A stretch of DNA of 49,982 nucleotides, taken from positions 1-49,982 of the forward strand of contig CAXSGP010000015.1 in the NCBI GenBank assembly GCA_964236955.1. The letters are read 5' to 3'. Shown here in pieces: positions 1 through 9,704 of this stretch (position 1 is the stretch's first letter; each line of letters opens with the position of its first letter). The translations under genes were made by a program, and so were the position numbers. Below the pieces are notes generated by a model, which saw only the letters and a program-made list of their open reading frames with translations, was not told where the DNA came from and did no database searches. This stretch comes from an uncultured Oligoflexus sp. Lineage in GTDB: Bacteria > Bdellovibrionota_B > Oligoflexia > Oligoflexales > Oligoflexaceae.

Positions 1-8
1 GCGTTACT

Positions 9-49
9 GGGGATGTTCGACGTTGGCGTAGCCAAACGTCAACAGCCCC
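9..49. repeat. Imperfect inverted repeat (hairpin) just past the stop codon of the minus-strand lipoprotein gene
   Basis: GGGGATGTTCGACGTTGGC (9-27) vs GCCAAACGTCAACAGCCCC (31-49), 3-nt loop; terminator or REP-like element. Confidence 0.6.
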
Positions 50-51
50 TA

Positions 52-1041
52 TTATTTCAAAGCGGCGGGCTGCGTGACGACATTGGAATAAAGTGCAGTC
101 GTCGACATCCCGAGGCTTGTTCCTTCATATTTCGTACCGGTCGCGTCAGGCCACATGCCGTAACCCAAAAGGTCCCCCGGTTCAACACTGAAGCTGCTTT
201 TGGTCCAGGGTGAAACGCCTTCGGTTTCAGTTGCCGCCAAAAAATAAACTGCATTTTTGGTTTTAAACCAATAACCGCTATTGGTGCGTCCTGCCTGTAT
301 CGTTCCCGAAAGGTCGACGGGAAGGTTGGCGATGGGCAGCTGCTTTATCTGCGCCGGAGAGGTCTTGACGCTGATGATCGCGATATAGCTGTCGAGGTGA
401 AAGATCACCTCTTCAAGCGAAACGTAGAGAACCTTTATTTTCGAAAGATCACCCTTAAATGTCGACGTTGGGAATTGTTCCACTGTTATCGATTTTTCAT
501 CTACCGCGGCGCCATCGGCAGGCGGCTTGTGCCGGCCGAGCTTATCGGGTGAGACAAACCAAAACTGCTGATTGGGAAGGGAAAAGAGCGTCGATCCCTC
601 GGGAGCGACGACTACCGCCTCGATAGGCTTTAGGATATCGGTTGAGACTGAGGCTGCGGGATTATAACTCCAGGATTTGCCGTCCTTACCAAATATAACG
701 AAGTCCTTCGGGCTGGTTTTACTGATAAGGATGACGTCATCGGTCCGAATGGATTCAAGATCTTTGGCGGCAGAAAGTTTCAAAGCTGGCAGCTTCGCTT
801 CCGGAATCGGCAGTGTAACAGCCGCAGGCTCGTCGTCACTCCGTGGAGGATCGACCTTAACGGGTTGTTCAGGCGGATCTGGGACCGCCCCTTGCTGTTC
901 GCCGTTTTCCTTGATCCCGCCAGCTTGCAGCTTGGCAAGTTTGGAGCCACGCTTATCGAGAGTTTGCTCGGCCGGTGCGCATGCACCTGCGACCAACGCG
1001 GACAGCATTAGCGATGTCCCTATCATGCTCCAGCGCTTCAC
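52..1041 (-). CDS. Hypothetical lipoprotein, 329 aa, Pro-rich linker then beta-rich domain
   Basis: GTG start after GGGGAA; signal peptide with lipobox-like VAGAC; no recognisable family. Confidence 0.8.
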   Translation of the reverse strand: MKRWSMIGTSLMLSALVAGACAPAEQTLDKRGSKLAKLQAGGIKENGEQQGAVPDPPEQPVKVDPPRSDDEPAAVTLPIPEAKLPALKLSAAKDLESIRTDDVILISKTSPKDFVIFGKDGKSWSYNPAASVSTDILKPIEAVVVAPEGSTLFSLPNQQFWFVSPDKLGRHKPPADGAAVDEKSITVEQFPTSTFKGDLSKIKVLYVSLEEVIFHLDSYIAIISVKTSPAQIKQLPIANLPVDLSGTIQAGRTNSGYWFKTKNAVYFLAATETEGVSPWTKSSFSVEPGDLLGYGMWPDATGTKYEGTSLGMSTTALYSNVVTQPAALK

Positions 1042-1085
1042 GGAATTCCCCTAAACAGCAGAAAGCGATTATGTACCTAGGGAAT

Positions 1086-1112
1086 TTATCGGCATTAAGT
1101 TTCTAAACTTGA
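1086..1112 (-). promoter_or_regulatory. sigma28/FliA-type promoter for the 52..1041 lipoprotein
   Basis: Minus strand TCAA-N15-GCCGATAA (TCAAGTTT extended -35), near consensus TAAA-N15-GCCGATAA, ~45 nt before start. Confidence 0.75.
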
Positions 1113-1351
1113 TCTAATTTATAAGGTGCCGTTAAGCCAAAGGAATTAGAGGTGAAAATCTGCGATTCCCTCCGCACTCTGTTTCGCATAGAATGAAATG
1201 GAACAAATCATTCTTACCAAGCTAACCGCTCGAAATTTTGGTGCAATCCTGCACAGGCCTCGCTGTCTGAGCTGCGTCGGCCCACATAGGATAAATATTT
1301 CCGGGTTTTAGGCTTAGCGTCCACGAGGTCCATAGGATTCTTGGAAGAAAA

Positions 1352-1379
1352 TCAAGAAATCCAAAATTTTCACCGATAA
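1352..1379 (+). promoter_or_regulatory. sigma28/FliA-type promoter for slt
   Basis: TCAA-N16-ACCGATAA, ~35 nt before the GTG start. Confidence 0.6.
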
Positions 1380-1413
1380 GTCGTAAGAATCTTCGAGGAA
1401 GGGGGATATCGAC

Positions 1414-3492
1414 GTGACCCTGAGACTAGGCCGACTCTGTGCCACATGGCTGCTCTTAAGCAGCGGCCTCTCCTTTGCCATGAGCCTTCAGGCCAAAGAA
1501 CCTGAAGCTTACGAAGTCATGCTTAAAAAAGCCCTTCGAACCATCAAAGACGAACAGCAGGAAAAATTGCGCAGCACCCTTACAGGCTTGACCGAACAGG
1601 TTCAGGGTGAAGTCGAGCCCGCAAAACGCATGCAGGCTGCTATCCTGCTTGCCGCTCACTACTGGGAAACCAACTATCGCCTCTCGCGCTATTACCTTGG
1701 GATCGCCGAAGCGCTCAAGGACCCTACTATTCCTGACTTCAATCGTTATGACTCTGAGATCGAGCACATGAAGATCCGTTTCCGGCATGCCGCCTTGCTC
1801 GACGACGAAACGAAGAAGGAGATTGAGCAGCAGCTGATCAAAAATCCTGAAGAACCTATCCGGCATTCCCTGGTCGAAATGCTGCTCGATACCAATCAGG
1901 CTTTGGAACGGGAAGACGATTTCCTTACGGTCTACAGAAAGTTCTATAGCGGATATCCACGGGCGATTCGCAAGGATCGCTTTATCAAAAAGGCCGCGCT
2001 TATCTATCTGAATAAAGCCGACGCCGACAAATACGTCAAATCGCTAGAAATGCTTCTCGACCAATATCCGGCTTCCGATGAAGCGACCTGGGCGCTGGAG
2101 GAACTTATGAAACTGGCGAAGGATCCTAAGATGGATCAGTACAGTTTCACGTACGGCCTTCTCAAAAAGGTCTATCGCAATTCAAGCCATGACAAAGTCC
2201 AGCAGGAAAGGATCCTGGGTCTGCTCTCGACCCCACTCCGCAAAATCCCCAGTGCCCCGCCCGCACTCCTTGAGCTGACGGAACGGGTTCAGGTTCTTTG
2301 CTATCTGGGTTTGCTCGATGATGCCTTTAAGCTGGCCGAATACAATAGTACCAAGGCCGATACTCCGGCGCCTTTGCAAAAAGAGCTCCTGGCGTGGATG
2401 GCTTATGTTTATTCTGAGAAAGGTGAGCATACTCTGGCCCTGCAGACCTTTGATCAGGCCAAGGAGCAGACCAACGCCAATATCATGTTTAAAGAGGCTC
2501 AAGCCAAAAGCATGATGAACAGCCAAAAGTTTGCCGAAGCATCGACGGCTTATCTAGCTCTATTGAAGCGTAATAATCATTACCGCTATCGCTGGTACTA
2601 CTTTTGGAACCTGCTGGCCAGCGGCGATCTGAAAGCCGCGACCCAATATATTGTCAGCTCACGGGATAAAGCCTTCAACGAGATCGATTTCCGAAAAGAC
2701 GCGGGTCTCTATTGGGAAGGCCGGACCCTTTTGAGTTCGGGCAAAATCGCCGCGGCCCTCGACCTCTTAAAGCCTTTGCTGGGCAAAGAGGTTCCCAGCT
2801 ATTATACGATGTCAGCCCGCGCGGCCATCACGCATGCTCAAGCGGTACAGGACAAGAAGAAGGCAAGTCTGGAAAACCCTACCGATGGCAGCGGCTCAGG
2901 CGCCAAAGCGATCTTTGCGGCTTATCATCCCAAGCCGCTCAAAGAAGACGCCTTTGAGAGAAGTGATCGTATTCCTTTTGCTTCCTATGTCCATGAGATT
3001 TCTGGAGCGATGGATATCGATCCCTATTTGATCCTGGCTATCATGCGATCCGAAAGTGGTTTCAACAGTCGGGCTCTTTCTCAAGCCGGGGCTCAGGGTC
3101 TCATGCAGCTTATGCCCTATACCGCAGTTCGGCTGTCGCGATTGTTTGATGACGCTGACTTTAAACTGGATCAATTGCAGACGGCAGACACCAACATCAC
3201 TTACGGAAGCCTTTATCTCTCGCTCCTGCTCCACTATTACGGTGGTCACGAGATACCGGCGGTTGCAGCCTACAACGCGGGTCCGACCATAGTAAACAAA
3301 TGGTTGAAAGAGTGCCAGGGCTGCCCCAATGATGCCTTTGTCGAGTTTATTCCCTACGGTGAAACTCGAAATTATGTGAAGAAGGTGATGAGCACCTTCA
3401 CGGCTTTCCGATTGCAGGAGACTCAGAGTCCTCCCGACTACATGCAAAAGAAGTTGCCTGTCGCCCTACCTGAGACTGACAACATCTTTTAA
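1414..3492 (+). CDS. slt: Slt70-like lytic transglycosylase with helical/TPR-like N-terminal region
   Basis: Signal peptide; C-terminal SLT motifs ESGF (catalytic Glu), GAQGLMQLMP, AYNAG, ETRNYVKKV. Confidence 0.9.
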   Translation: MTLRLGRLCATWLLLSSGLSFAMSLQAKEPEAYEVMLKKALRTIKDEQQEKLRSTLTGLTEQVQGEVEPAKRMQAAILLAAHYWETNYRLSRYYLGIAEALKDPTIPDFNRYDSEIEHMKIRFRHAALLDDETKKEIEQQLIKNPEEPIRHSLVEMLLDTNQALEREDDFLTVYRKFYSGYPRAIRKDRFIKKAALIYLNKADADKYVKSLEMLLDQYPASDEATWALEELMKLAKDPKMDQYSFTYGLLKKVYRNSSHDKVQQERILGLLSTPLRKIPSAPPALLELTERVQVLCYLGLLDDAFKLAEYNSTKADTPAPLQKELLAWMAYVYSEKGEHTLALQTFDQAKEQTNANIMFKEAQAKSMMNSQKFAEASTAYLALLKRNNHYRYRWYYFWNLLASGDLKAATQYIVSSRDKAFNEIDFRKDAGLYWEGRTLLSSGKIAAALDLLKPLLGKEVPSYYTMSARAAITHAQAVQDKKKASLENPTDGSGSGAKAIFAAYHPKPLKEDAFERSDRIPFASYVHEISGAMDIDPYLILAIMRSESGFNSRALSQAGAQGLMQLMPYTAVRLSRLFDDADFKLDQLQTADTNITYGSLYLSLLLHYYGGHEIPAVAAYNAGPTIVNKWLKECQGCPNDAFVEFIPYGETRNYVKKVMSTFTAFRLQETQSPPDYMQKKLPVALPETDNIF

Positions 3493-3498
3493 CGACCC

Positions 3499-3528
3499 AG
3501 CCCAAGGCCAGGTGCTTTGGGCTTTTTT
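3499..3528 (+). terminator. Intrinsic terminator after slt
   Basis: AGCCCAAGGC/GCTTTGGGCT stem followed by T-run. Confidence 0.8.
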
Positions 3529-3642
3529 CCTCGTGAATCCAGGTCCTTTTTCACGAGGGATAGTGACCCGGCGAGTGAATTGCGCAGCGTTTCAGGCCCA
3601 CTTCCCCTACCATTCTAAGTCCGCCGTTCCCGGCGCTTATAA

Positions 3643-3676
3643 AATGATTAAAAAATCATTATGCAACTTATTGATT
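3643..3676. promoter_or_regulatory. AT-rich operator-like palindrome plus IHF-consensus site
   Basis: AATGATT-N4-AATCATT (3643-3660); CAACTTATTGATT (3664-3676) matches the reverse complement of IHF consensus WATCAANNNNTTR. Confidence 0.45.
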
Positions 3677-3708
3677 TTAAATAATTAAAGCTGAATTACT
3701 GGCATGGA

Positions 3709-3735
3709 TCAAGTCCCTCACTCCGCTACCGAAGC
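3709..3735 (+). promoter_or_regulatory. sigma28-like promoter for the 3757 lipoprotein
   Basis: TCAA-N15-ACCGAAGC, ~20 nt before ATG. Confidence 0.5.
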
Positions 3736-3756
3736 TAGTAAAAAGAAAGGTAGCCT

Positions 3757-4290
3757 ATGAAGATAGAAAAATGGTTTATGCTTTTATTCCCGCTTTTGTT
3801 TGGCTGCGGGCAAACGCCAACGAAAATGTCGAGTAAGATCAATTTAAAAGCTGATGATTCGGCGGATTTTACCTATAATTTTTCACCCGGCTCGGCTCAA
3901 ACTTTTGAGCCCGAAGCCACGTCCGAACTCAAAGGGGTCAAGGTCGAGTTCGCCCCTGGCGCGCTGGCCGTCGATGCTCAGATCCTCATTGCCGTCGCCG
4001 ATGAAGGGGTACCGATCCCCTCAGGGACCTTACGAGAGGGCCAGCCCTATGCGATCACCGCCGCTGGCAGTGGGGACCTTACTATCCTGTCTCCCATGTC
4101 CATAACCCTGCCTCTCCCGCTCATGACCGCTTTGCATAATCATGGTAATCGTGCTGTCGCCTATAAGGGATACTCCGGTAAAGGAGAATCAGTATCAGGC
4201 GTGATTACTGACCTGGATCTGGAATCCGACCGGCTCACTATCAAAACGACCTTTTGGGGCAACTACCAGATCATTCGCTTCGCAAGGTAA
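3757..4290 (+). CDS. Lipoprotein with possible ZU5-like beta domain
   Basis: AAAGG RBS; lipobox LLFGC; VEFAPGAL...LSPMSITLP resembles ZU5-type repeats (inference). Confidence 0.7.
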   Translation: MKIEKWFMLLFPLLFGCGQTPTKMSSKINLKADDSADFTYNFSPGSAQTFEPEATSELKGVKVEFAPGALAVDAQILIAVADEGVPIPSGTLREGQPYAITAAGSGDLTILSPMSITLPLPLMTALHNHGNRAVAYKGYSGKGESVSGVITDLDLESDRLTIKTTFWGNYQIIRFAR

Positions 4291-4365
4291 CAGAGCATTT
4301 GCATTGGTTTCTCGCCGCGATTCATCTATTCTCCCCTTATTGCGTATACCGCTAAGGTTGAATAA

Positions 4366-5304
4366 ATGATGTCAAAGAAAAAGTTAGCTCTGGTCGTGCT
4401 GCTGGCGATCCTCTTCATTGCCGTCTGTCAATGGCGCTATCGCGCGCCGAGTTGGAACGGACAGGACATTCATCCCGTGCTTGAAGCCGGCGAAGAGTTT
4501 GAACTTCTTCTGGTCGGAGACATGGGCACAGGCGATGAGCATCAGGCGGCCGTTGCCGTAGCCATGAACCGTTATTGTCATAGCCATAAACTCGCCGCCA
4601 TCATTTTTCTCGGTGATAATTTTTACCCCAAAGGGGTCGAGTCCGTAGACGATCCGCAGTGGCAAAGCAAGTTTGTTAAGCCCTATGGCACGGACTCGGA
4701 TTGTCTAAGCAAACTGCCCTTCTACGCCTTACTTGGCAACCACGATTACAAAGGCAATCCCTCAGCTCAAATCGCCTATCATGGCAAATCTCCCGACTGG
4801 ATTATGCCGCATCGATTCTACGATCTTCGAATCGGCCGGCTCCTGCAGCTCACCATGATCGATACCAATATCCTCGATGTCTGCGGCTTCGATCAGTATT
4901 GCTCGATAGATTTCATGCTCAAATCCCTCGCCAACACCAATGCACCCTATAAAATAGTACTGGGGCATCATCCGATAGCTAGTGCCAGCGGGAAATATTC
5001 CCAGACTTTTCAAGGATGGGTTCTAGAGAAACTGCTTTGCAATCACGCCCGCTATTATATCTCAGGTCATTCGCATCATCTTGAGCATAGGGCCTCGGCG
5101 CAATGCCCGCTTGATATGTTTGTTGTGGGGGGAGGAGGCGCCGCTCTTTATCAAACGAAAGAGGGCGACAGGGAAACTCAATTTGCTCAATCCACCTTTG
5201 GTTTCTTAAGCCTGAAGGTGACTCCGGCAGCTTTGACATTTTCTTTTTACGATGCCGCCATGCAAAAGCTCTATTCACTCGAACAGGACGGCATATTGCC
5301 TTAG
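4366..5304 (+). CDS. Purple acid phosphatase (ACP5/TRAP)-like metallophosphoesterase, N-terminally anchored
   Basis: Motifs GDMG, GDNFY, GNHDY, GHHP, GHSH. Confidence 0.88.
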   Translation: MMSKKKLALVVLLAILFIAVCQWRYRAPSWNGQDIHPVLEAGEEFELLLVGDMGTGDEHQAAVAVAMNRYCHSHKLAAIIFLGDNFYPKGVESVDDPQWQSKFVKPYGTDSDCLSKLPFYALLGNHDYKGNPSAQIAYHGKSPDWIMPHRFYDLRIGRLLQLTMIDTNILDVCGFDQYCSIDFMLKSLANTNAPYKIVLGHHPIASASGKYSQTFQGWVLEKLLCNHARYYISGHSHHLEHRASAQCPLDMFVVGGGGAALYQTKEGDRETQFAQSTFGFLSLKVTPAALTFSFYDAAMQKLYSLEQDGILP

Positions 5305-6047
5305 ATACTTTCTCTCTTCGTTATAAGCGCCGTCAGCGTTTCTACCTTATGGGTGTCGCGTCCGTTGGTGTAGATTTCAGTCCTGAGAAATAGGCGTTCG
5401 ACCTCTAAGCCATCTTCCAGAATATCTTTGAACCAAACCCTCTGCTGCGGGTCCCAACGATAGCGGGCAGCGCGGAGTTTATCTTTGGCTTCGAAGGCGG
5501 CACCGGTCGCCAGCACCCGCATTTCCTGGAGGTAACTACGGCTAAGGAGTTCGGCGAAATAGGGCTCTATAATCCGAAAGGTTGTCGCGCAATCGAAGAG
5601 GGCCCGGTGGGCGAAGGGATTCACGAAGCCATGATCGGCCGCAAGATAGTTCAGGGCTCGGGTGCGAAAGCCTTTCCCCTCCCAGTCGATGTGCTTCATG
5701 CTGCAGGCCCAATGGAGGTCGAGACCTTCGAGTTCCGGACGAAGTTCGATAAAGGCCCTATCGAAGGCGGAATTGTGGGCAACGACCAGCGACGCCCGTT
5801 CCAAAATCTGCCGAACATAATCCCAATTGACTCGTTGGCCCTTAAGAGTTTCGTCTTTAAGACCTGTGAGTTTTTGAATCTCGGGGGAAAGTGGAAATCC
5901 GGGGTCCTCTACCGCTCCATACATGTTGCTTATATGGGGCTTGCCGTCTTCACCGACGCAGAACTCCAAAATTCCCACTTCAATGATCTGATCTTTGCCC
6001 ACTTCCATCCCGCTCGTTTCAAGATCGAGCACGACTCCATAATCCAT
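5301..6047 (-). CDS. DEDDh 3'-5' exonuclease (DnaQ-like)
   Basis: DLETSG, AHNSAFD, HRALFDC; start moved to ATG 6047 after a GGGAG RBS. Confidence 0.88.
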   Translation of the reverse strand: MDYGVVLDLETSGMEVGKDQIIEVGILEFCVGEDGKPHISNMYGAVEDPGFPLSPEIQKLTGLKDETLKGQRVNWDYVRQILERASLVVAHNSAFDRAFIELRPELEGLDLHWACSMKHIDWEGKGFRTRALNYLAADHGFVNPFAHRALFDCATTFRIIEPYFAELLSRSYLQEMRVLATGAAFEAKDKLRAARYRWDPQQRVWFKDILEDGLEVERLFLRTEIYTNGRDTHKVETLTALITKRESI

Positions 6048-6231
6048 TTTTAAAACTCCCGGGAAGCAACTCCTATAGAGTCCTTCCAAAATTTCGATTT
6101 TTTGGCTACTCCCCACCTTCTCAAATGATGAAAAATAGCTGCCTATTTGGCTGCAGACCCATTTGGGGTTACAATAGAGGTACAGTGCCAAGTATGCCTC
6201 ATACCGAGGTTTCGTTACTCCCACGTTCAGT

Positions 6232-8262
6232 ATGCGGACGACTATGAGTTCCCAAGTTAGAGCAACTCTTACAACTGATCTGAGCCAGATTCCCGAAGAT
6301 ATCGGAAATTTCTTAACGCTTACAGCTGTCTGCGGACAGATTCAGTTTGGTTATCAGTTTGAGGTGCCCGATGACGGCATTTTCAGCCTGAACACTGGCG
6401 ATTTGACTCTCATCTTTTTAGAAAACAAAGTCTGGCAAGATTCTCAGAAGTTGCAACTCTTTCTTGAAAAATCTGACGATCCCACTCTCTGCTTTATTTG
6501 CACGGGTAGCGACAATGAGTTGGAAAACCTGCCCGATACCATCGAACAGGCGAACTTCCGGTCCATTTCGCTGCCCATGAGAAACCAACAGCTCATCTAT
6601 TCGATTCAAAATATCGCTCGCCTGCAAACCCTGATGATCAAGGCCGATAAAAACAATAGAAATGTCCGCGAGACCAACGATAACGTCAAATATGTTTTAC
6701 GTGTATCCCGTGAACTGAACGGTGTACGCGATACGAAGCGCCTGCTTTCGCTTATTTTGCAAAAAGCCCGCGAAATTGCCAACGCCGATGCGGGATCGAT
6801 CTACACCGTGGATTGGAACGAACATCGCGAAAGCGACAGTCGTATCGTCTTCAAAGTCACCCAAAACGAGACCGTGCAGCAAGAGCTCGAAGAATTCTCG
6901 ATCAAGGTCAACGATCAATCGATCGTGGGATCAGCCGTGGTTCATCAGCATTCGATCAATATCCCTGATCTCTACGAGCTTGGTGTCGATCCGGCAAAAA
7001 ACCCATTTCATGCCAAGCATGACAAGACTTTTGATCTGCGTACCGGTTATCAATGCCGCTCGATGCTGACAATTCCCATGTTCGATATCAGCTATCGTGT
7101 CATCGGGGTCATCCAGTTGATCAACCGCCGTCTCCCCGGAACCAAAAGCCTGCGCGGTGTTTCCGACTTCACCAAAACGGTCACGGAATTCAGCACGATC
7201 GATACAGAATATGCCGAAATCGTTGCCCAGCAGGCGGGCATCGCCCTGGAAAATGCTCTGCTCACCCTGGAAAAAGAGCAGCTCTTTGATGGTTTCGTCA
7301 ACGCCGCGGTCACCGCTATCGAACAACGAGATCCCACGACAAGTGGTCATTCGCATCGCGTGGCGAAACTCACACTGGGCATGGCGGAAATTCTGAACGG
7401 TATCGATCATGGGCGTTTTAAAGACACCTACTTCGACAAGCGTCAGCTTAAGGAGATTGAGTACGCCTCACTCCTCCATGACTTCGGCAAGCTTGGGGTT
7501 CGGGAACAGGTCTTGACGAAGGCGAAAAAGCTCTACCCTTGGGAATATGACATACTCATGGAACGATTCGAGCACATCCGCTCCCGTTTCGAGATCGAAT
7601 ATCTCAGAGAATATATTGACTTCCTAACGGGCAAAGCGATTGTGGCTCCTGGCTTTGGAGCGGAAACCTATCGCATGACCTACGAAAGCCGACTCTCGGA
7701 ACTTGAAGAATTTTTGGGTTTTATTCAAAAATGCAATGAACCCACCGTGCTTGAGCAGGGTGGTTTTGAACGCCTGAAAGATATCGGAAACCTTACATTT
7801 CGGGATTCTCAGACCCGATCGAGACCTTTTTTGTCCGATCGCGAGCTGCAGGCTCTCAGTGTATCGCGCGGTTCCTTGACTCGCGAGGAATTCGCTGAAA
7901 TTCAGAGTCACGTCGTTCATACTTATGAGTTCCTGCGAAAAATCCCCTGGGGTCGCTCCTTTCCCCTCGTTCCCATGATCGCCGCCAAGCACCATGAGAA
8001 ACTTGACGGTACGGGTTATCCGAAAGGCTCTTTTGAAGAAGAAATTCCAACGCAAACCAGACTGATGACCATAGCCGATATTTTTGATGCTCTGACCGCA
8101 TCGGACAGACCTTACAAAAAGGCGGTTCCAATCGCTAAGGCGCTCGAGATCCTGGAGATGGAGGTCAAGGTCCATAAGATCGATAAGGATCTCTTCGAGA
8201 TTTTCGTTGATTCCAAGGTTTATAATAAGGTTTTCGATAAGTCGGATGGCTGGGTCGGCTGA
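6232..8262 (+). CDS. GAF + HD-GYP cyclic-di-GMP phosphodiesterase
   Basis: GAF (ADAGSIY...SMLTIPM...IGVIQLIN); EQRDPTTSGHS, HDFGK, HHEKLDGTGYP, ADIFDALTASDRPYKK; start could be 6244. Confidence 0.92.
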   Translation: MRTTMSSQVRATLTTDLSQIPEDIGNFLTLTAVCGQIQFGYQFEVPDDGIFSLNTGDLTLIFLENKVWQDSQKLQLFLEKSDDPTLCFICTGSDNELENLPDTIEQANFRSISLPMRNQQLIYSIQNIARLQTLMIKADKNNRNVRETNDNVKYVLRVSRELNGVRDTKRLLSLILQKAREIANADAGSIYTVDWNEHRESDSRIVFKVTQNETVQQELEEFSIKVNDQSIVGSAVVHQHSINIPDLYELGVDPAKNPFHAKHDKTFDLRTGYQCRSMLTIPMFDISYRVIGVIQLINRRLPGTKSLRGVSDFTKTVTEFSTIDTEYAEIVAQQAGIALENALLTLEKEQLFDGFVNAAVTAIEQRDPTTSGHSHRVAKLTLGMAEILNGIDHGRFKDTYFDKRQLKEIEYASLLHDFGKLGVREQVLTKAKKLYPWEYDILMERFEHIRSRFEIEYLREYIDFLTGKAIVAPGFGAETYRMTYESRLSELEEFLGFIQKCNEPTVLEQGGFERLKDIGNLTFRDSQTRSRPFLSDRELQALSVSRGSLTREEFAEIQSHVVHTYEFLRKIPWGRSFPLVPMIAAKHHEKLDGTGYPKGSFEEEIPTQTRLMTIADIFDALTASDRPYKKAVPIAKALEILEMEVKVHKIDKDLFEIFVDSKVYNKVFDKSDGWVG

Positions 8263-8413
8263 TTGGTCCCAATAAAGTCCCCGCACCGTAAAACTTCACT
8301 TGCGCGGAGGCGATTCCAGGGCCATATTTTCTAAAGGATTTCGATTTGAAGAATTAATCCCTCGCTTTTTTTTTCAAACGGAACCGACCTTTACGTCATG
8401 GGCAATGATAGCG

Positions 8414-9013
8414 ATGTTACTGACTCCCGATCTTCTGATCTCAGCCTATGCCAATGGATACTTTCCTATGCCTCATCCCGAGACTGAGGAGATTTGCTGG
8501 TTCCATCCCGATCCTCGCGCCATTATTCCTCTGGAAAATTTTCACGTGTCTCGTTCGTTAAGGCGCACCTTAAGGCGAAAAGCCTTTCGTATCTCAATCA
8601 ATGAGAGTTTTGAGGGAGTGATTGATTCTTGTGCGGATCGACAGGAAACCTGGATTAATCTGGAAATACGCACCGCTTTTCTGGAACTGCATCGCTTAGG
8701 CCATGCCCATTCGGTAGAAGTCTGGAATCAGGAAAAGCTGGTGGGTGGAACCTATGGATTGGCCATTAGGGGCGCATTTTTTGCCGAATCAATGTTTCAT
8801 CGCGAGACCGATGCCTCGAAACTTGCACTCTGGGGTCTGGTGAATCATCTAAAAGCCCAGGATTTGATACTCCTCGAGGTGCAGTTTTTGACGCCTCATC
8901 TTGGCAGTCTTGGGGCCATAGAGATCTCTGCCGAACATTATATGGAAAAATTAGCCGCAGCCCTCAAAAAAAGGGTAAGTTTCCAAGAACGCCGGCCAAT
9001 ACAATCGATTTGA
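8414..9013 (+). CDS. aat: Leucyl/phenylalanyl-tRNA-protein transferase
   Basis: AYANGYFPM, PDPRAII, GHAHSVEVW, FFAESMF, DASKLAL; start 8414 or 8405. Confidence 0.93.
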   Translation: MLLTPDLLISAYANGYFPMPHPETEEICWFHPDPRAIIPLENFHVSRSLRRTLRRKAFRISINESFEGVIDSCADRQETWINLEIRTAFLELHRLGHAHSVEVWNQEKLVGGTYGLAIRGAFFAESMFHRETDASKLALWGLVNHLKAQDLILLEVQFLTPHLGSLGAIEISAEHYMEKLAAALKKRVSFQERRPIQSI

Positions 9014-9191
9014 CGTATACCATCCATCGCGCTGATGTTTTTATAGCTCAGGCGCCGATCGAGTTAAGTTTAGCTGGTCTTTTCCTCTTATTATCATTAG
9101 TATCAGGCTCCGAAATCACTTGATTCAAGTTCGGTGAAAGACTGATTTATCATTATTACGGCATCTTATAGCCATGAAAATAGGGGAGTTT

Positions 9192-9392
9192 ATGCCAGGA
9201 GTAAGACTTAAAGAAGGCGATAGTGTTGAGCGTGCCCTGAAGGCTTTGAAGAAACAGGTCGAAAAGGCCGGTACTATTTCTGAGCTCAAAAAACGCCAGC
9301 ACTATGAAAAGCCTTCCATCAAAAGCAAAAAGAAGCAGGCTGCTGCTCGTAAGCGTTTGATGAAGCAGATGAGAAAGCTTGGCCTCGCTTAA
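9192..9392 (+). CDS. rpsU: 30S ribosomal protein S21
   Basis: [15 protein letters not shown]...RQHYEKPS...AAARKR; GGGGAG RBS before ATG 9192. Confidence 0.96.
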   Translation: MPGVRLKEGDSVERALKALKKQVEKAGTISELKKRQHYEKPSIKSKKKQAAARKRLMKQMRKLGLA

Positions 9393-9457
9393 TTCATGAG
9401 CGCACGCATAGTATGCAAGTCTCATCGAAATTAGCTCGTCAGGATGAATTCTCGATG

Positions 9458-9640
9458 GATAGGGATTGGCGGCATAAGTCAGTCCCTAATTGAGTTTTAA
9501 CAAGAGAGACACGCCCTCGACATAGAATCTCCTGATGCCAATCCCATGGTATGGGCCTGCGGCTTACTCGATATCGACAGCTTCCAACCTCGATTTATCA
9601 ACGCAGCAGATTCTCAGGCTAAGCTGTCGTCATCCCTATC
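9458..9640. ncRNA. Candidate structured RNA or terminator complex between rpsU and the TldD-like gene
   Basis: Multiple nested inverted repeats, e.g. GATAGGGAT (9458) / ATCCCTATC (9632-9640) and an 11-bp hairpin at 9460-9488; no family identified. Confidence 0.35.
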
Positions 9641-9704
9641 GAAGGCCAAAGCCTTAGCGTTCCGCCCCTTTCTGAAGTCCTTTCGATCTCATAATATTTA
9701 ATAA

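Noticed and set aside
1238..1253. TTGGTGCAATCCTGCA as a sigma54 site (also one near 47618-47631)
   Set aside because: GG-to-GC spacing is 9 nt rather than the required 10
8366..8374. T9 run upstream of aat (also T8 near 20166, A8 near 29955, GTT repeats near 12637)
   Set aside because: Short intergenic runs with no evidence of phase variation
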